The position numbers and the translations under genes are program-made. DNA of 64,000 nt, taken from Pristiophorus japonicus (lineage: Eukaryota). The DNA is taken from the NCBI RefSeq assembly GCF_044704955.1, contig NC_091990.1:5828001-5892000 (forward strand), in the 5' to 3' direction. The notes below the pieces were generated by a model that worked only from the letters and a program-made list of their open reading frames with translations, did no database searches and was not told the DNA's origin. Shown piece after piece: positions 61,313 through 64,000 of the stretch. The first letter of the stretch is position 1, and every line of letters begins with the position of its first letter.

Positions 61313-61827
61313 CCTGACTGTATTCCCCTCTTTACTCAATTTCATTAATATGCACGTTTCCTGCAGAATAATGAACACAATGCTGGCTGATTATCTGCTC
61401 CCTTCCTTCGCCAGATACAATCAAGGAGCCCACTCCAGCCCTGCTCAAGTTCAGCCAGTTCTTTGCAGAACCTGATGATCGGCAATATGAATTAGTCCGT
61501 GCAAAGCTCAACAGGAAGCAAGTCTTCACAGTTACGCGCTGTCCACGATGCGGTCTCCTCTACATTGGGGTGACCAAGCGTAGATTGGGTGACCGTTTTG
61601 CGGAACACCTCCGTTCAGTACGTAAGTGTGACCCCGAGCTTCCGGGCGCCTGTCACTTTAATTCCCCGCTCCACTCCCACTCTGCCCTCTCCGCCCTTGG
61701 TCTCCTACACTGTTCCAATGAAGCTCAATGCAAACTCGAGGAACAGCCCCTCATCTTTTGTCATTTAATCTCTCCTGCCTTCCACCCTATCACAGACCTT
61801 CCCTTTTGTTCTTTCCTCCCCTCCCCC

Positions 61828-63497
61828 TGTAATGTCTGCACCCGTGAGTATGCTAACAAGTTTGTAGAGCTGTTGCACACGCAGCTCCTGTTTGTGAGCC
61901 TGGGGGGCGTCAGGACCGCCATGCAGGGAGTGCCTGTGTTTTACCAGGAACTCACCAGGGTCTGGAACAGAGTGGCCACCAAACGCAGCTCTCCACCGTC
62001 TGGAGTGGCGGCTGTCCTGCAGGAGCCACTGCTCAGGAATCCGTACCTCCATGACCGAGGTTTTAGGTGGCAGGCGGACGAGAGGGCTGTGGCTGGTGAG
62101 GTGACCAGGGTCAGGGACCTGCTCGATGGCGGAGGAGCGGGCTGGATGGCGCCAGACATGCTGGCGCGGTACCTAAACTGGGCCGATGTCTGCCGCGTGG
62201 CCGATGCCATCGAGTCGCTAAAAACAGCTTTAGGCCCTGACTCCGTTAGGTGCATCAAGGAGGCTCAAGCAGGTGGGGAGATCCCGTCCAAACTGACCCC
62301 CGTCCGGACGGAATTCCTCATCGGCGCCAAGCCCTGAAACCTCCCTCGGGAGCCGGTGCCTCACAACTTGAGCCTCCTCGAGGAAATCCTCTCCGTGCCT
62401 TTCAGTTCCGCGCGGAGGGGTTTCCTGTATGGGCTGCTCCTGCACACTCTCCACCTTGCCATCCTCATCTGCCGTCCGGACACGCCATGGCGTACCATCT
62501 TGCCGTCCAGAGGAGGCGGGGGTCACTAATGGAGTGCACTCTACGCGGGAATCCTCCCACTATTTATTGGGGACTTGGCCTGGAGGGTGTTGCACGGAGC
62601 AGTCCCGTGCAATAAGTTTTTAAGTCAGTTCACAGGCTCCCAGGCCGCCTGTAATTGCTGCGGTCTGGAGGAGTCCGTGTTCCATGTTTTTATGGAATGT
62701 GCGAGGTTGCAGCCCCTCTTCCGATATCTGAAGGGGCTGCTCTTCAAATTCTGGTTGCACTTCAGTCCCACACTCCTGGTCTTTGGGCACCCTGTGCGGA
62801 GGGGAGCGGGTAGGTCCGAGGGCCTCCTCGTAGGACTGCTCCTGGGCACGGCCAAGGGTGCCATCAGCCGGTCCAGGCAGCGGGCGGTCGAGGGGGTCGT
62901 TCAGCCCGACTGCCTGCCTCTCTTCCGCGCGTACATCCGAGCCAGGGTGTCCCTGGAGATGGAGCACGCGGTGTCCACCGGTACGCTCGCGGCCTTCCGC
63001 GAGAGGTGGGCGCCGGAGGGACTGGAGTGCATCATCACCCCCGGCAACCAAATTTTAATTTGATTTTAATGTCTAAAGTTTAATTTGTTTAAGTTGTCGG
63101 TTTTAGTACCCTCCCTCCCTTTTAGCCAGAGGGCACTTGTATATTGTGTTTCTAGTGCCCTCAAAAAAAACCCAAGGGGGCATTTGAAAAGTTTTTGGAG
63201 TGTGCCCCCTGCCCCCCCCCCCTTTAATCAGGGGGCACTTGATTACTGATACAACTCAAAATAGTTGTAGAGCTGTTGCATTGTGAGTGGCTTAGCCAGT
63301 CATGTGATGTTCACAAGACTCAATAAAACCCCAGCCAGTTGGGTCCATGTCATCCACGATGAGGTTGTGAGCCTAGTGGATGAACTGGTAATGTGTCGTG
63401 TGATTGTTGAACCTTTGTTAATGAACCAACTAGTTCTTAATCGCAATGTGCTGCTATGAATTCTTAAGCAAAGAACCCATGAAGCAAATACATTACA
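61828..63497 (+). mobile_element. Solo LTR (61828-61877 and 63265-63497) with TGTAATG...CATTACA termini
   Basis: Perfect 7-bp inverted termini; AATAAA. Confidence 0.85.
61878..63264 (+). mobile_element. Tx1-clade LINE 3' fragment with 16-bp TSD TTGTAGAGCTGTTGCA
   Basis: Near-identical to 30345-31745; TSD at 61862 and 63265. Confidence 0.95.
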
Positions 63498-64000
63498 GCC
63501 CCTGCACTTGCTTAAAATCTGTTACGCCTCTAATAATTTCCAATTCTGACAAAAGCTCATCGGAGCTGAAATGTTAACGCTGTTTCTCTCTCCACAGACG
63601 CTGCCTGACCTGCTGAGCGTTTCCAGCATTTTCTGTTTTTATTTGTCCTTCATTTATCATGTTTGAATGAGTTTCCCCGGCTCAGTATTTTGACAAAAGT
63701 GTTAAACTATTTATGGTGATCATGAATTTGTTCAAATGCTACGATTGCACAGCAGGCTTTCACCTCGTTGCAGTTCTGATGTAATTCAAAAAATTCCCAC
63801 GGCAGCCTGAACCGACACGACTCTGGTGTCCCTCAATCCCACGGCTGACATTGCATCTACCCACTGGGTCGTGAGGGAGTTCTACTTGCACGTTGCTATG
63901 AACCTTCCTCTGCCCTGGTTCAACATATGCCGGGACTACATTTTCATCATTGTGACTCAAATTTCAATTATAGTTTCCTTTATCACCCAATCATAATTTT

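Larger units (their letters stand above)
61535..63645 (+). mobile_element. Penelope-like 3' fragment (GIY-YIG) split by an LTR plus Tx1; degenerate hammerhead at ~63542-63580
   Basis: RCPRCGLLYIGVTKRRLGDRFAEHL; pseudo-LTR resumes at 63498. Confidence 0.85.

Noticed and set aside
63760-63960. Terminal 66-aa ORF
   Set aside because: Non-ATG start, upstream in-frame stops, no clear acceptor, no recognisable family.

Overview
Eukaryotic DNA made almost entirely of repeats. The mix of CR1, RTE, L2 and Tx1 LINEs, Deu-type tRNA SINEs, Harbinger elements, Gypsy elements and Penelope-like elements points to a vertebrate, most likely a cartilaginous fish (inference). I could not recognise any host protein-coding gene, only a few isolated exon-like segments. 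Main observations: (1) a ~700 bp CR1 copy (38043-38740) in which most A's of the sense strand have become G, which looks like an ADAR-hyperedited LINE RNA fixed in the genome; (2) a Tx1 LINE that inserted three times, at two loci, into the same 15-16 bp site of one LTR family; (3) an 8 kb Harbinger inserted into the loop of a Penelope-type hammerhead ribozyme, itself carrying a full Gypsy element, which carries the edited CR1; (4) an RTE copy with a twin-priming 5' inversion; (5) independent 33-bp minisatellite expansions inside several SINE copies. All alignments and counts were done by eye and need computational confirmation.
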